This document shows positions 8,521 to 18,322 of a stretch of 62,354 nt of DNA, piece by piece (position 1 is the stretch's first letter; each line of letters begins with the position of its first letter). The stretch lies in the IMG/VR virus record IMGVR_UViG_3300015158_000001, positions 1 to 62,354 of that record. One strand, written 5' to 3'. The notes beneath the pieces were generated by a model. The model was not told the origin of the DNA. It saw nothing but the letters and a program-made list of their open reading frames with translations, and did not search any database. The stretch is from a virus (lineage: Duplodnaviria; Caudoviricetes). The position numbers and the translations under genes were made by a program.

Positions 8521-8865
8521 ATGTCGCCGGAAAAGTCTTCCGCAAGTTTGTTGCGTGCAGAGTGCCAAGCGTACATCGCCTTATTGGCGGGTCCGCGAGA
8601 GAACCGGGATTCGCGGGAAAGCTGGATCGCCAAGGCGTCTCGACCACCGGCGCTCACGCTCCGGAAAATCAAGTCGCTCTACTACGGCGAGATCACCGAT
8701 CCCGACCATCCCGCCTTCCTAGCTCTAAAAGACGCGGCCGATCGGTATGAACTTGAAAGCCTTGCCAGACAGATCGACGACCTCGGCAAGCGCATCCGAG
8801 CCATCATCGGCAGGCGTCTGGATGGCGGACGACAGGCGACCCTCCCGTTTCATCGACGACGCTGA
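8521..8865 (+). CDS. CII-position regulator-like protein
   Basis: Position after cro; RESWIAKAS...LRKIKSLYYGE HTH-like segment. Confidence 0.5.
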   Translation: MSPEKSSASLLRAECQAYIALLAGPRENRDSRESWIAKASRPPALTLRKIKSLYYGEITDPDHPAFLALKDAADRYELESLARQIDDLGKRIRAIIGRRLDGGRQATLPFHRRR

Positions 8866-9001
8866 TCCGCCCGAGCCGCTCACCCGCGCGGTGACATTCG
8901 GCTCGATCCTCCTCGCCTGCGCGGTATCGGTCGCGTCGGTCGCCTTGGCGGTACTGATCTCGGCGGGGCTTGCCTATCGGTACATCGGGCCGCCGGCATG
9001 A
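8822..9001 (+). CDS. small membrane protein
   Basis: Hydrophobic C-terminal helix. Confidence 0.45.
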   Translation: MADDRRPSRFIDDADPPEPLTRAVTFGSILLACAVSVASVALAVLISAGLAYRYIGPPA

Positions 9002-9594
9002 AATCGCAAATGACCCGCCGCACAATGCAAATGACCCGCCGCACAATTCTGCCCTTTATCGGAGTGGCGCCCGTTGCGGGCGCGATCATCCACACAGAGT
9101 GGCCAATCGCGGATGCGAGTAACGTTTTAGTCATGCGTCACGGATCCGTCACCGGCTTCGCTATCCGCGCGCCGGACATCACTGCGGCCTCCCTGGAGCG
9201 CCGTGAATGGTAATCCCGGAAAGCATCTTCGCGATCGTGCCGGCCGCCAGGTCGATCGTTTCGGGATTGAAGGCAATTCCCGAAGCCTCAGGCTTGAGCG
9301 CGCGAACTTCTTGGTCGGCGAGCTTGGCTTGTTCGGCTATCCATCCCACCTCTCGCATTCTGCCGATTTCTGTAAAGAGGCGGCGGAACAGCACAAACCA
9401 TGTGAGAGTGTCCGCATCGCGTGACATTTTGAGAAGTGCTTCTGCATCCATCTTCAGCTCCATCGGTTGCGGTTGTTTTGCAGCTCCGATGGTACGTGAG
9501 TCGGCCGGCGGCGGCGCCTCGCTGCCGGTCGATTTGCGCGGTGCCGCACAATGAGCACAGCCGAGTGCACCCACCAGAAAAGAAAGGGAGCGCG

Positions 9595-9881
9595 ATGACG
9601 AAGCGGAAAGGCGAGCAGGAAATCCGCGACGATGAGCGCAGACACATTGGCAAGATGCTCACCGCCGCTGCGAGGAAAAAAATATCGACCCGACTGTTGC
9701 GAATGTTTTCCGCGATCTCGGCAAGGTCCTCTCAAAGCCCGCCAAAGAACTCATCATCGAGGGCCTAATGATCATCCTGGACGAGATCATTGACGAGAAG
9801 GTGGCCAAGGGCGAAGGCGAGCGCATCACAATTCGCGGCAAGCCGGGCTATCGCTCGTTCGGGGCGCAACACGCGTCATGA
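9595..9881 (+). pseudogene. Hypothetical gene split by a frameshift at an A7 run (9676-9682)
   Basis: RBS plus MTKRKGEQEIRDD...AARKK; the -1 frame continues NIDPTVANVFRDLGKV...GAQHAS* with its stop overlapping the gapR ATG. Confidence 0.6.
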
Positions 9882-10150
9882 GCACCGCCGCCGCCGTCAG
9901 GGAAGAAACCGCGCATCGCTTCGCCAAGGATCACCTGAAGGCCTTCGTCGAGCGCATCGAGCGCATGGAGGAGGAGATCAAGGCGCTCAACGACGACAAG
10001 CGCGACATCTACGCGGAGGCGAAAGCCAACGGCTTCGACGTGAGGGCGCTCAAGCAGGTGGTGCGGTTGCGCGCCCAGGACATCGATGAGCGCAAGGAGC
10101 AGGAAGCCATTCTCGAAGTCTACCTGCAGGCGCTCGGGATGCTGACATGA
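9878..10150 (+). CDS. gapR: GapR-like (DUF2312) DNA-binding protein
   Basis: LKAFVERIERMEEEIKALNDDKRDIYAEAKANGFDVRALKQVVRLR...YLQALGM. Confidence 0.9.
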   Translation: MSTAAAVREETAHRFAKDHLKAFVERIERMEEEIKALNDDKRDIYAEAKANGFDVRALKQVVRLRAQDIDERKEQEAILEVYLQALGMLT

Positions 10151-10202
10151 GCGCTCTTGGCACGCGAAATGCACTCGCGCGTGCACGTGCACGAGGTCGC
10201 CG

Positions 10203-10988
10203 ATGAATCGGCCGCCACCGCCGCCTTCGCAACCGGAAATCATCCCGCGCAAGTCCCGCGACCGGACTTATGGCTGGTGCCGTCTCTACAACGATTTCAC
10301 CGGACACAAAAAATGGCGGCTCATCGCAGCGATGAGCGGCGTCCCGCTGGTTGCCGTGCATGCGATCGTCGCCGCGATGTTCAATCAGGCGAACAAATCG
10401 AAGCCGCGCGGCTCGCTTGCGGAATTCTCGGTCGAGGAGTGCGCCATCGCGCTCGACGTCCAGCCGGAGCACGTCGCCCGCATCTATCGTGCCCTGGAAG
10501 AGCGTGGGTGGATCGAGCAGGATTTCATCGGGACATGGTACGAGCGCCAGCCCGACAGCAACGATCCGACCGCGACCTTGCGCAAGCGGGCCGAGCGCGC
10601 ACGCACCAAGGGCGAGCGGGAAGGTTATTCGCTGTCACGCGTGACAGGCGCAATCGCGGCACCTTCCGAACCGGTCCCGGGGCTCGACGGCCAGCTCGCA
10701 GCCAACGCGCAGAAGCGATGGTTGTTTGAAGTCGGCTGCAATCTTGTCGCCATGCGGTGCGATGTGATTGGCGCGGTTGCCGACGGGCTCACGCGAAAAT
10801 GGCTGAACGACATCGAGGGCGACGTGCCCGCGCTCTCCCGCATCATCGCCGAGACGCACGCGCGCGAAGTCACCGGCGAGCCATTCCGCAAGCTCATCGG
10901 AGAACAGGTCGCGCGTCACCTTGACGAAAAGCACCAGGGACCGAAGCTCAATTTCGGGCCGATGGTGGTGAAGGGCGGGAAACCATGA
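10203..10988 (+). CDS. Putative replication initiator (N-terminal wHTH)
   Basis: WCRLYNDF..HKKWRLIA...WYERQP...ATLRKRAER, typical of phage initiators; replication-module position. Confidence 0.6.
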   Translation: MNRPPPPPSQPEIIPRKSRDRTYGWCRLYNDFTGHKKWRLIAAMSGVPLVAVHAIVAAMFNQANKSKPRGSLAEFSVEECAIALDVQPEHVARIYRALEERGWIEQDFIGTWYERQPDSNDPTATLRKRAERARTKGEREGYSLSRVTGAIAAPSEPVPGLDGQLAANAQKRWLFEVGCNLVAMRCDVIGAVADGLTRKWLNDIEGDVPALSRIIAETHAREVTGEPFRKLIGEQVARHLDEKHQGPKLNFGPMVVKGGKP

Positions 10989-11482
10989 CGCTGCTCGCCG
11001 CCGAACCCTGCGCGCTCGAACCCGCTCCGCTCGCCTTCTGGGCGATGGCGCAAGGCGCGCCCGATCCCGAGCCGTGGCGCGATCTTACGCTCAGCACCAA
11101 GCACAACATCACCTGCCTGATCGACGCCGACGACTATTACTGGATCGGCGCGACGACATGGAATTGGGGCTGGCACAACCGGACGCCGTGGAAGTATTAC
11201 GCCAAGCGCAATGTCGGCGTCGCGCGCTCCACCGTGTATCTGCACCGCGAGATCATGATCCGCGCCGATCCGCGCACCGAAGTCTTCCAGTGGACGCACC
11301 ATGTCGACCACATCAACGGGCAGAGCCTGGATAACCGCAGGGCGAACCTGCGCTGGGTGACGCCGGAAGAAAATCGCAACAACAAAGTCCCTCGGGCGCA
11401 GATCCCGACGTTTGAAGCGATCGTCGCAAGCCTTCGGGCCGAGCGAGCGCGCGAGGGTGTGCCGGCAGCGATGCCGTTCTGA
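10985..11482 (+). CDS. HNH endonuclease
   Basis: YLHREIM...VDHINGQSLDNRRANLRWVT..EN..N. Confidence 0.9.
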   Translation: MTLLAAEPCALEPAPLAFWAMAQGAPDPEPWRDLTLSTKHNITCLIDADDYYWIGATTWNWGWHNRTPWKYYAKRNVGVARSTVYLHREIMIRADPRTEVFQWTHHVDHINGQSLDNRRANLRWVTPEENRNNKVPRAQIPTFEAIVASLRAERAREGVPAAMPF

Positions 11483-11805
11483 TGCCTCGGCCAGCCCCCA
11501 CCATGCTCGCGCGCGAACAGATCCACGATCCGAACGTCGCGGCGTTCTACGCCTTCATCTGCAACTGGCCGGTCGTCGTATGCCATCCGGCGCCGATCGC
11601 CATGTCGCCCTGGGGACGGCTGTTCACATGTTGGGTGACCTGGCCGCCCTTGGTCGGCGCCGACGAATGCCGGCGCGTCGGACCGCGCACGCTGTACGTG
11701 GGCGAAAAATTCAGCGAGCGGATGGAGCTTTACCGCGTAAGCCACCGTTGCGAGGCGCGGGAACGGCGTCAGGCATCGCGCGAGAGTTCCACTCCATCGC
11801 GTTGA
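11482..11805 (+). CDS. hypothetical protein
   Basis: TGATG overlap with the HNH gene. Confidence 0.45.
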   Translation: MPRPAPTMLAREQIHDPNVAAFYAFICNWPVVVCHPAPIAMSPWGRLFTCWVTWPPLVGADECRRVGPRTLYVGEKFSERMELYRVSHRCEARERRQASRESSTPSR

Positions 11806-11868
11806 CGCAACTATAGATTTGCTCGCGTAAATCGGCCATGGTGCCTGCCTCTTGGTGGGGACCGGGAC

Positions 11869-12147
11869 GTGGATGATCGCGTTTCACATGAAATACCGGC
11901 GACCGGGCCGCGCGGCATCGCGGTCGCGGCCGACGGCTCCCTCATTAACGCAGGCGATACCGTTCTCGTCGTAGCTACCGTGGTGGGCGCAGCAGGGCCC
12001 GTTCACGATCTTCCAGCCAAGGATACCGGTGTGGTCGCCGTCGATATCGAAGGCTACGACGGCGGGCGCAGCTATACGACGCCGCATTACAAGGTCTGCA
12101 CGACGCCGGGAGCGATCGCCACGGTGATCAAGAAGGCCACGTCATGA
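11869..12147 (+). CDS. hypothetical protein
   Basis: ORF track; plausible composition. Confidence 0.5.
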   Translation: MDDRVSHEIPATGPRGIAVAADGSLINAGDTVLVVATVVGAAGPVHDLPAKDTGVVAVDIEGYDGGRSYTTPHYKVCTTPGAIATVIKKATS

Positions 12148-12202
12148 CGGGATGAAATGCGTCGCGCGCCCATCGGCCGTGCAGCGGCCATAGGCGCGAT
12201 CG

Positions 12203-13117
12203 TTGCAGCGGGACCGTCGGCCGATCGAGGCGCCGGTGGCGAAGATTCAGATCGAGATCGAACGCCTGTTGCAATGGGCGTATCGCGATGAGCTGTCGAA
12301 AAGACAGACGTCGTCTGCGGAAGGCATTTGGGATCACATCGAGGAGTGGGGCCAGCGCGGCGGGATCGATCCGGGCCACGGCGCCGCGCAGCGCTATCCG
12401 CATTTCGGATTGCCGCATGCCGACGCCGAAGCAATTGAACTCGCGGTCGGCATGCTTCCCGACGGCATGATCGATTGGGCGATGGAAAGCGAAGCCATCA
12501 TGGGCGACTTGCTTGGCCTCGCAGATACGCGTCCCCCTGCTGCGCGGCCGAAGCAGCGCGCTTCAAAAATCACCTATCGCGACAAATACCGCGACAAGCT
12601 CGGCTGGCGTTCCGAGCTTGTGGCCCCGCCGCGCGATGTCATCATGGTGCGCTCGCTGAGAACAGCGGCGCTCGTGACCATGCACGCGGGTATGGGGACG
12701 CGACCAGACTGGCACGAGGATCCCCCGCGGCCGTATTGGATCGAACCGGAGAGAGGACCGATCCGGGCAAAAATCGTCGGCGAGTGCAGGGGGCGAGATC
12801 TCTACACCACAGGGTCCTACTGCCCGCTGCAATGGCTTCCGTCGCCGCTCACGATCGCGGCCGCGCGAGCCGATTATCTCGCATGGCACCGCGGGCTGGC
12901 GACGCTCGCCGAGACATTGGTGCTGGACGCACATGAGGCGTTGCCGCCGGCCGCGCCGGAATATCCGTGGTGCGAGCGGTTTGAGCCGCGCTCGGTCTAC
13001 ACGGTCGACGCCCCGTCTCGCGTGAAGCTGCCGCTCGTGCCTCAACGCGATCGCGTCGGGCCGCCGATGCGGCGCCCGCGTCACGGTCTGGTAACCATAA
13101 TTGGCCGGGACGCTTGA
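12203..13117 (+). CDS. Conserved phage protein at the late-regulator (Q-like) position
   Basis: Followed directly by a TTGACA promoter and a terminator; function inferred from position only. Confidence 0.5.
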   Translation: MQRDRRPIEAPVAKIQIEIERLLQWAYRDELSKRQTSSAEGIWDHIEEWGQRGGIDPGHGAAQRYPHFGLPHADAEAIELAVGMLPDGMIDWAMESEAIMGDLLGLADTRPPAARPKQRASKITYRDKYRDKLGWRSELVAPPRDVIMVRSLRTAALVTMHAGMGTRPDWHEDPPRPYWIEPERGPIRAKIVGECRGRDLYTTGSYCPLQWLPSPLTIAAARADYLAWHRGLATLAETLVLDAHEALPPAAPEYPWCERFEPRSVYTVDAPSRVKLPLVPQRDRVGPPMRRPRHGLVTIIGRDA

Positions 13118-13132
13118 AAAGGGGGCGATCGC

Positions 13133-13202
13133 TTGACAGTGTTCACGACGGTGAAATCCCCCAGAGCCCGCAGCGCCCAGCGCCGCGGGTTTTCGCATTT
13201 TT
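13133..13202 (+). promoter_or_regulatory. Putative late promoter followed by a terminator-like hairpin (PR'/tR'-like)
   Basis: TTGACA 13133-13138; hairpin CCCGCAGCGC/GCGCCGCGGG followed by TTTTCGCATTTTT. Confidence 0.5.
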
Positions 13203-13212
13203 GGAGTGTGTC

Positions 13213-13419
13213 ATGGGCAACTGCATCGTTTCCGTTCACGTCACGGGCGCGCACCATAATGGAAAGTCCTACGACATCGACCAGCATTCCGCGCAGTTTG
13301 TCGACGGATTGATGGCTGCCGGTCACAACGTCACCGCGGCGAGCATCGTTAGCGGGGGTGAATACGATCTGCTCAACACCGTGTCGCGATTTCCCCTCAA
13401 AAATGCCGACGCCGGTTAA
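13213..13419 (+). CDS. hypothetical protein
   Basis: GGAG RBS; MGNCIVSVHVTGAHHNG. Confidence 0.6.
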   Translation: MGNCIVSVHVTGAHHNGKSYDIDQHSAQFVDGLMAAGHNVTAASIVSGGEYDLLNTVSRFPLKNADAG

Positions 13420-13750
13420 AGAGGCCCGCGACCTCGTCAAGCCGTTCGGCCGCGACACCGATCTTCTCCGTTGGGCCGCGAACCTCATCGCCGCGCGCGA
13501 TCGCTTCGAACGCCGCCAGCAGCTCGCCGATGTTGCGCCGTCGACTCGGCCGTGATTCTCTGTGTGCGCGCTGATTTGCAGCGCGAGCAACGGAGGACCT
13601 GATGGCTGCGACCACGACACGCAAGCGGACAACGCCGACGAAGACGAAGCCGCGTGCCGCCAAGAAGACCGGCAGCGGCACGACGCGGACGAAGACGAAG
13701 CGCTAACACCGACCCGCTCAAGGCGGGCCAAAATCCAAGTTTGCTGTGAG

Positions 13751-13782
13751 AGGCTCGGGCGATCGCCCGGGCCTTTCGCATT
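13751..13782 (+). terminator. Terminator-like hairpin
   Basis: AGGCTCGGGC-GATC-GCCCGGGCCT followed by TTCGCATT. Confidence 0.45.
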
Positions 13783-14324
13783 CCGGAGCCCACCGATGAC
13801 ATACCGCGCCTACGTGAGGCGGCGTCTGAAAGCCGCGCAGTATTTTCGTAACGGATTAAACGGCCCCCGCGCCCTGGCGCGCTGCCGTCGCCAGCGCCTC
13901 AAGATCGAAGCCCGGCAAGCACCGGCTTGAGATCGATGCCCGCACAGGTGATCGACATCTGGGCCGAACCGTACGGCGGCCGCATCCGTGTCGGAGGATC
14001 AGGCCCGACGCGCGACGAGCCTGCTTCGGTCACTATCCTGCCGGCGATGCGGGCCGAGCGGAAAAAACCGGTGCCCAAGGCGCCGCGCCGCCGCACCCGC
14101 CGCTTCGACGACGAAGGCGCGAGGCCGAGATCATCGGCCCGGGCAACAAGGAAAGCGCCCCGACGCCTCAGAGATGAGTCCAGCGTCCTGCCGTAACCCG
14201 TTAAGATATCTGCAACTTCTAGAGCGCATTTCGAATCCATAGCCCGCTGCACGGGCTGGTGCGCGCCTGGCCTTCCCGGTTCCGTGTGGGCCCGGCCGCA
14301 CCGTCAATCACGAGGGCAGACCCG

Positions 14325-14555
14325 ATGGCGCGCCCGGTCGATGTCAAGCCTTGGAGCGATCTCGAGATCGCCGAACTCGCAACCATCGCCCCGCGCAAAT
14401 ACGGGGCGGTATCGGCGTTCGCAGCGAAGCATGCCCGCAGCCACCCCGCCGTCAGCAGCAAGCTCCTCAGGCTGCGCCTCCAGGGCATCGCCCGCGACAC
14501 GGCGCACGCCCGCACGCCACGCAATTTGCTAACTCAGAGGGGAAGATCGCTTTGA
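14325..14555 (+). CDS. small protein, HTH/Myb-like
   Basis: KPWSDLEIAEL...FAAKHARSHPAVSSKLLRL. Confidence 0.45.
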   Translation: MARPVDVKPWSDLEIAELATIAPRKYGAVSAFAAKHARSHPAVSSKLLRLRLQGIARDTAHARTPRNLLTQRGRSL

Positions 14556-14588
14556 CTTTTCCTCTGCGCTCAACGCTTCTCCCGCCTC

Positions 14589-14801
14589 ATGACCACGAGG
14601 CCCAGAGGACTGCCCGCCGAACTCGCGCGCGCGATCGTGCCGCTGCTCGACCTGGTGCTGTGCGCGCCCGGGCTCGACGACGACACCGAACGGCGCACGA
14701 CCTGGCTGCGAATGCGGCTCGCCGAGATCGCGCCCGAGATGGCGCCGCCGCTCGTTCCGGGCATCATCGACATGCGCGCGGAGCAGCTGCTCGCCGGCTG
14801 A
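14589..14801 (+). CDS. hypothetical protein
   Basis: ORF track. Confidence 0.45.
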   Translation: MTTRPRGLPAELARAIVPLLDLVLCAPGLDDDTERRTTWLRMRLAEIAPEMAPPLVPGIIDMRAEQLLAG

Positions 14802-14808
14802 GGGCGTC

Positions 14809-15258
14809 GTGAGCGGGCGCTCGCTGCATCTTCGCGATGGCAAACTCATCACCAACCGGAAGACCGATCGCCGGCAGGCCGAGCGCACGCCGCCGGATCT
14901 GATGCCCGACTGGCGTGTCACTCTGCCGTTACCCGGGCGGCTTGCATTTTCGGTATCGGCCGGCATGCCAACGGGCATCATCGGTGTCGAGGTCGGTCAA
15001 GGCCCGGCGATCGAGGCGCGCGGCAAGAACTGGGAATGGGTCTATCGCCAGGCAGGAGAATTCCTCGCCCGCATCGCCAAGGGCTGGCAAGGCCGGATCG
15101 CCATGCGGGTCGAGCGCGACGCCTACCCGGGCCTCACGCAATCCGGTCCGTTGCATCCGGCGATCGATCGCACGCAGGATGTGCTGCTGATCACCGAGCC
15201 GTCATTCGTCGTGACTCGACCCTTCAAGGATCCGCTGATCTTTCCGGTGAAGGCGTGA
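14809..15258 (+). CDS. hypothetical protein
   Basis: ORF track; operon context. Confidence 0.55.
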   Translation: MSGRSLHLRDGKLITNRKTDRRQAERTPPDLMPDWRVTLPLPGRLAFSVSAGMPTGIIGVEVGQGPAIEARGKNWEWVYRQAGEFLARIAKGWQGRIAMRVERDAYPGLTQSGPLHPAIDRTQDVLLITEPSFVVTRPFKDPLIFPVKA

Positions 15259-15385
15259 TGTTTCGGCGAGATGTCGTGACCATCCGGGACGCGTTCGGGC
15301 GCGAGCGATACACCGGCACATTCGTTCGAACGTATGTCCGCGTCGGCGGCGTCTTCACTCTCGTCGACGTCGAGCGGCTGGGTTC

Positions 15386-15613
15386 GTGATGATCAGTCAG
15401 AACGATCTCGAAACCGAGCTTCGCACCATCCTCGAGCAGGTGAGACGGATGCGGCCGCCGTTCGGCGGACAGCCGCATGCCTTCCACGAAGACAAGGGCG
15501 AAGTGGCGCGGCACGTCCAGGAGCTAATCGACAAGGTGCGGGGCATAGCGCAGCGCGAAGCGCAAAAGCTCACATCGGCCGAAATCAGACATGCCGCCCG
15601 CCTTCCGCGATGA
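15386..15613 (+). CDS. hypothetical protein
   Basis: Coupled ORF. Confidence 0.55.
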   Translation: MMISQNDLETELRTILEQVRRMRPPFGGQPHAFHEDKGEVARHVQELIDKVRGIAQREAQKLTSAEIRHAARLPR

Positions 15614-16236
15614 CACGCCCGCGCCCGCCGATCGAGCTTTGCGGCATTGAAGGCGCTATGGCGCCGATGTTCGCACCGGCGCCCGAGCTGCTGGCCTGGG
15701 CGACACGCACCTTCATCGAACCCGACGCGCCGCTGCATAACGAAGATCATCTGCATCTTCTCGCTGCGCGCATCGGGATGCTGTGGACCAGCGTTGCAAA
15801 TTCGCGGAGCGGCCGCAGCATTGTCGGGCAGTGCGAGTTCAAGCCGCCTGGCGGCACCATGGGAAAATGGGCCCGCGCTCGAGCGCAGAGCCAGATCCTC
15901 GGATGGTTCGGGGAGATGCCGGACTTTCTGCTGACGTTCGACGCGCAATACGCCAGCGCCTGCAGCGATGCCGAGTTCATGGCTCTGCTGGAACATGAGC
16001 TGTATCACGCCGGCCAGGCGCGCGATGAATTCGGTGCACCGGCCTTCAGCCGTGACGGCATGCCGCTATTCGCGCCGAGAGCGCACGACGTTGAGGAGTT
16101 TATCGGCGTGGTGCGACGCTACGGTGCCGATGCCGCGCATGTGCAGGCCATGATCGAGGCGGCAGAGCAGGGGACGGAGATCGCCGCAGCACGGATTGGC
16201 GGCGCATGCGGGACGTGTCTGGCGCGCGCCGCCTAA
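15610..16236 (+). CDS. Putative phage metallopeptidase
   Basis: LLEHELYH (HExxH) and HDVEEF motifs. Confidence 0.8.
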   Translation: MTRPRPPIELCGIEGAMAPMFAPAPELLAWATRTFIEPDAPLHNEDHLHLLAARIGMLWTSVANSRSGRSIVGQCEFKPPGGTMGKWARARAQSQILGWFGEMPDFLLTFDAQYASACSDAEFMALLEHELYHAGQARDEFGAPAFSRDGMPLFAPRAHDVEEFIGVVRRYGADAAHVQAMIEAAEQGTEIAAARIGGACGTCLARAA

Positions 16237-16293
16237 AGTGGCTTCACTTTCACAACTAAGCCTTGCATAGTGTTCCCATAAAAGGGGAACGCT

Positions 16294-16647
16294 GTGTGGC
16301 AATCACTTCTCACGCTAACATTCCTCGTCTGGAGCGCGATCGAAGCGCCTGCGTTGGTCCGTGAGTCGACAGTCTTCACGCCAAAATATTGTGCGACTCA
16401 TCAAAAAGATCGGCACTGCCGGAGATGTCCGGAAGGACAACACAGGGATGACAACTGGGAGTGCGTCGGTGATGTCGACGGTCACACGCACGCGCCTCAT
16501 TCGCATAGCGAAGAGTGCCCACCGGGCGAAGCGATGGCTGTTGTTTTGAGATGCTGGTGCCGTGGAAGCGATACGCCTAGCTCCAGGAAGAGCTGCACCC
16601 CGTGCGATCTGAGGGGTGTGGAGACCAAATGCGTTCCGCGGCCGTAA
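16294..16647 (+). CDS. Cys/His-rich exported protein (moron-like)
   Basis: Signal-peptide-like N-terminus, 10 Cys, lower GC. Confidence 0.5.
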   Translation: MWQSLLTLTFLVWSAIEAPALVRESTVFTPKYCATHQKDRHCRRCPEGQHRDDNWECVGDVDGHTHAPHSHSEECPPGEAMAVVLRCWCRGSDTPSSRKSCTPCDLRGVETKCVPRP

Positions 16648-16801
16648 CACGCTGCCGCGTCTGCCGCTTCTGAAAAAGCGAGGCGGGAGCTCGGGTGTTG
16701 GAAGCACCCAAGCCGCGAGCTTGCACTCGCATGACCGTGAGCGGCCGTCTCGACGGCCATCCCGCCACCGCGCACGCGGCGGGACCATCGAAGCCCATGT
16801 C

Positions 16802-17602
16802 ATGCCCGAAAAGAACAACCCGCTCGCAGCGGGGTTAACCGCTGGTGTCCGCGTTCGAACAGGCGACGTCTGGCAGCTCGGCCGCCATCGGCTCGTCTGC
16901 GGCGATGCGACCAGTCCGCTTGTCGTCGCCCGCGCACTGAATGGCCACGCGACGCACCTCATGGTGACGGACCCGCCCTATGGCGTCTCGTACGATCCGA
17001 ATTGGCGCACCGGACTTGTCGATCCCGGCGGAAAGCAGAAGTCGGTCAGAGCGACAGGCAAGATCGCGAACGATCATCGTTCCGACTGGCGCCGCGCCTG
17101 GAAGCTGTTTCCCGGCGACGTCGCCTATGTATGGCACGCCGGCCTGCACGCAAGCCGGGTGCAGGCGAGCCTCGCAGCGGCCGGTTTCTTCATCCGCTCG
17201 CAGATCGTCTGGGACAAGGGCCGCCTGATCATCTCGCGTGGCCACTATCACTGGCGTCACGAGCCGTGCTGGTACGCGGTGCGCAAGGGCAAGACAGGGC
17301 ACTGGGCCGGCGATCGCCGCCAGGTCACGGTGTGGCAGATCCCGCACCGCCGGTCGGAAACCGGTCACGGCGCGCAGAAGCCGATCGAGTGCATGCGCCG
17401 GCCGATCGAGAACAACTCACGCCCGGGAGACCGGGTCTATGACCCGTTCGTCGGTTCGGGCACCACCATCATCGCGGCCGAGATGACGGGCCGCATCTGC
17501 CACGCGATCGAGATCGATCCCGTCTACGCCGGCGTCGCGATCGCGCGCTGGCAGCAGCTCACGGGAAAGAAGGCGCGGCTGGTGTCAAGGGAACGGACGT
17601 GA
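16802..17602 (+). CDS. N4/N6 DNA methyltransferase (beta class)
   Basis: TDPPY...HGAQKP...DPFVGSGTT. Confidence 0.9.
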   Translation: MPEKNNPLAAGLTAGVRVRTGDVWQLGRHRLVCGDATSPLVVARALNGHATHLMVTDPPYGVSYDPNWRTGLVDPGGKQKSVRATGKIANDHRSDWRRAWKLFPGDVAYVWHAGLHASRVQASLAAAGFFIRSQIVWDKGRLIISRGHYHWRHEPCWYAVRKGKTGHWAGDRRQVTVWQIPHRRSETGHGAQKPIECMRRPIENNSRPGDRVYDPFVGSGTTIIAAEMTGRICHAIEIDPVYAGVAIARWQQLTGKKARLVSRERT

Positions 17603-17617
17603 ACGGGACCCGGCGCT

Positions 17618-17741
17618 GATTTAATTGTGCAACTCAAACCAAACGAGAACGGACCCGGCACGCTTGCGAACAAGGGCGCGACCGAGTGTGTGGGTCCCGC
17701 GCTGAATTAATTGCGCAGTTCCGCCGGATTTAATTGTGCAG
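17618..17741. repeat. Three TTAATTG(T/C)GCA repeats upstream of terS
   Basis: Copies at about 17621, 17707 and 17730. Confidence 0.65.
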
Positions 17742-17776
17742 CTTTCCAGACGCCCACTCTACCGGTCTTTACCAAC

Positions 17777-18322
17777 ATGGCGCGCTCCGAAGAGTTCACG
17801 TTTGAGGTAAAGCTCTTTATCATTCAGGAGCTTGCGTGCTTTGCCACTCAGGCCTCGGTGGTAAAGGCGCTGAAAGCCGATTACCAGCTCGATGTGTCGG
17901 CCGCTCGCATCCGGTACTACGACCCGACGGGTAAGCTCGGACAAGGCCTAGCCGAAGACCTCAAGGCCCGGTTCCTCGAAGCGCGCAAAGCTTTTCTCGA
18001 AAATCTCCCGTCGATCCGACTATCGAACAAGGCGGCCCGCATCGCGATGCTCGACCGCATGGCCAGTCTTGCGGAGCAGCGCGGTCAGATCCCGATGGTG
18101 ATCGCCTGTTGCGAGGCAGTCGCCAAGGAGATGGGCGGCGTGCACTCCAACACGCAGAAGATCGAGCATACCGGCAAGAACGGCGGGCCCATTCAGGTGG
18201 ACGATGCAGCCCGACAGCGCGTCTTCGATCGACTCGACGATCTCCGCAAACGCATCGCGAGCCGAGTTGATGGTCTCGCTCTCACCTCAGGAGCAAGCCG
18301 AGTACCAGAAGGAACTGGGTAA
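17777..18322 (+). CDS. terS: Terminase small subunit (DUF2280-like)
   Basis: FIIQELACF...YDPT...EHTGKNGGPI; directly upstream of terL. Confidence 0.8.
   Translation: MARSEEFTFEVKLFIIQELACFATQASVVKALKADYQLDVSAARIRYYDPTGKLGQGLAEDLKARFLEARKAFLENLPSIRLSNKAARIAMLDRMASLAEQRGQIPMVIACCEAVAKEMGGVHSNTQKIEHTGKNGGPIQVDDAARQRVFDRLDDLRKRIASRVDGLALTSGASRVPEGTG

Noticed and set aside
13600-13705. GACGAAGACGAAGC direct repeat
   Set aside because: Only two copies in low-complexity sequence; no supportable function.
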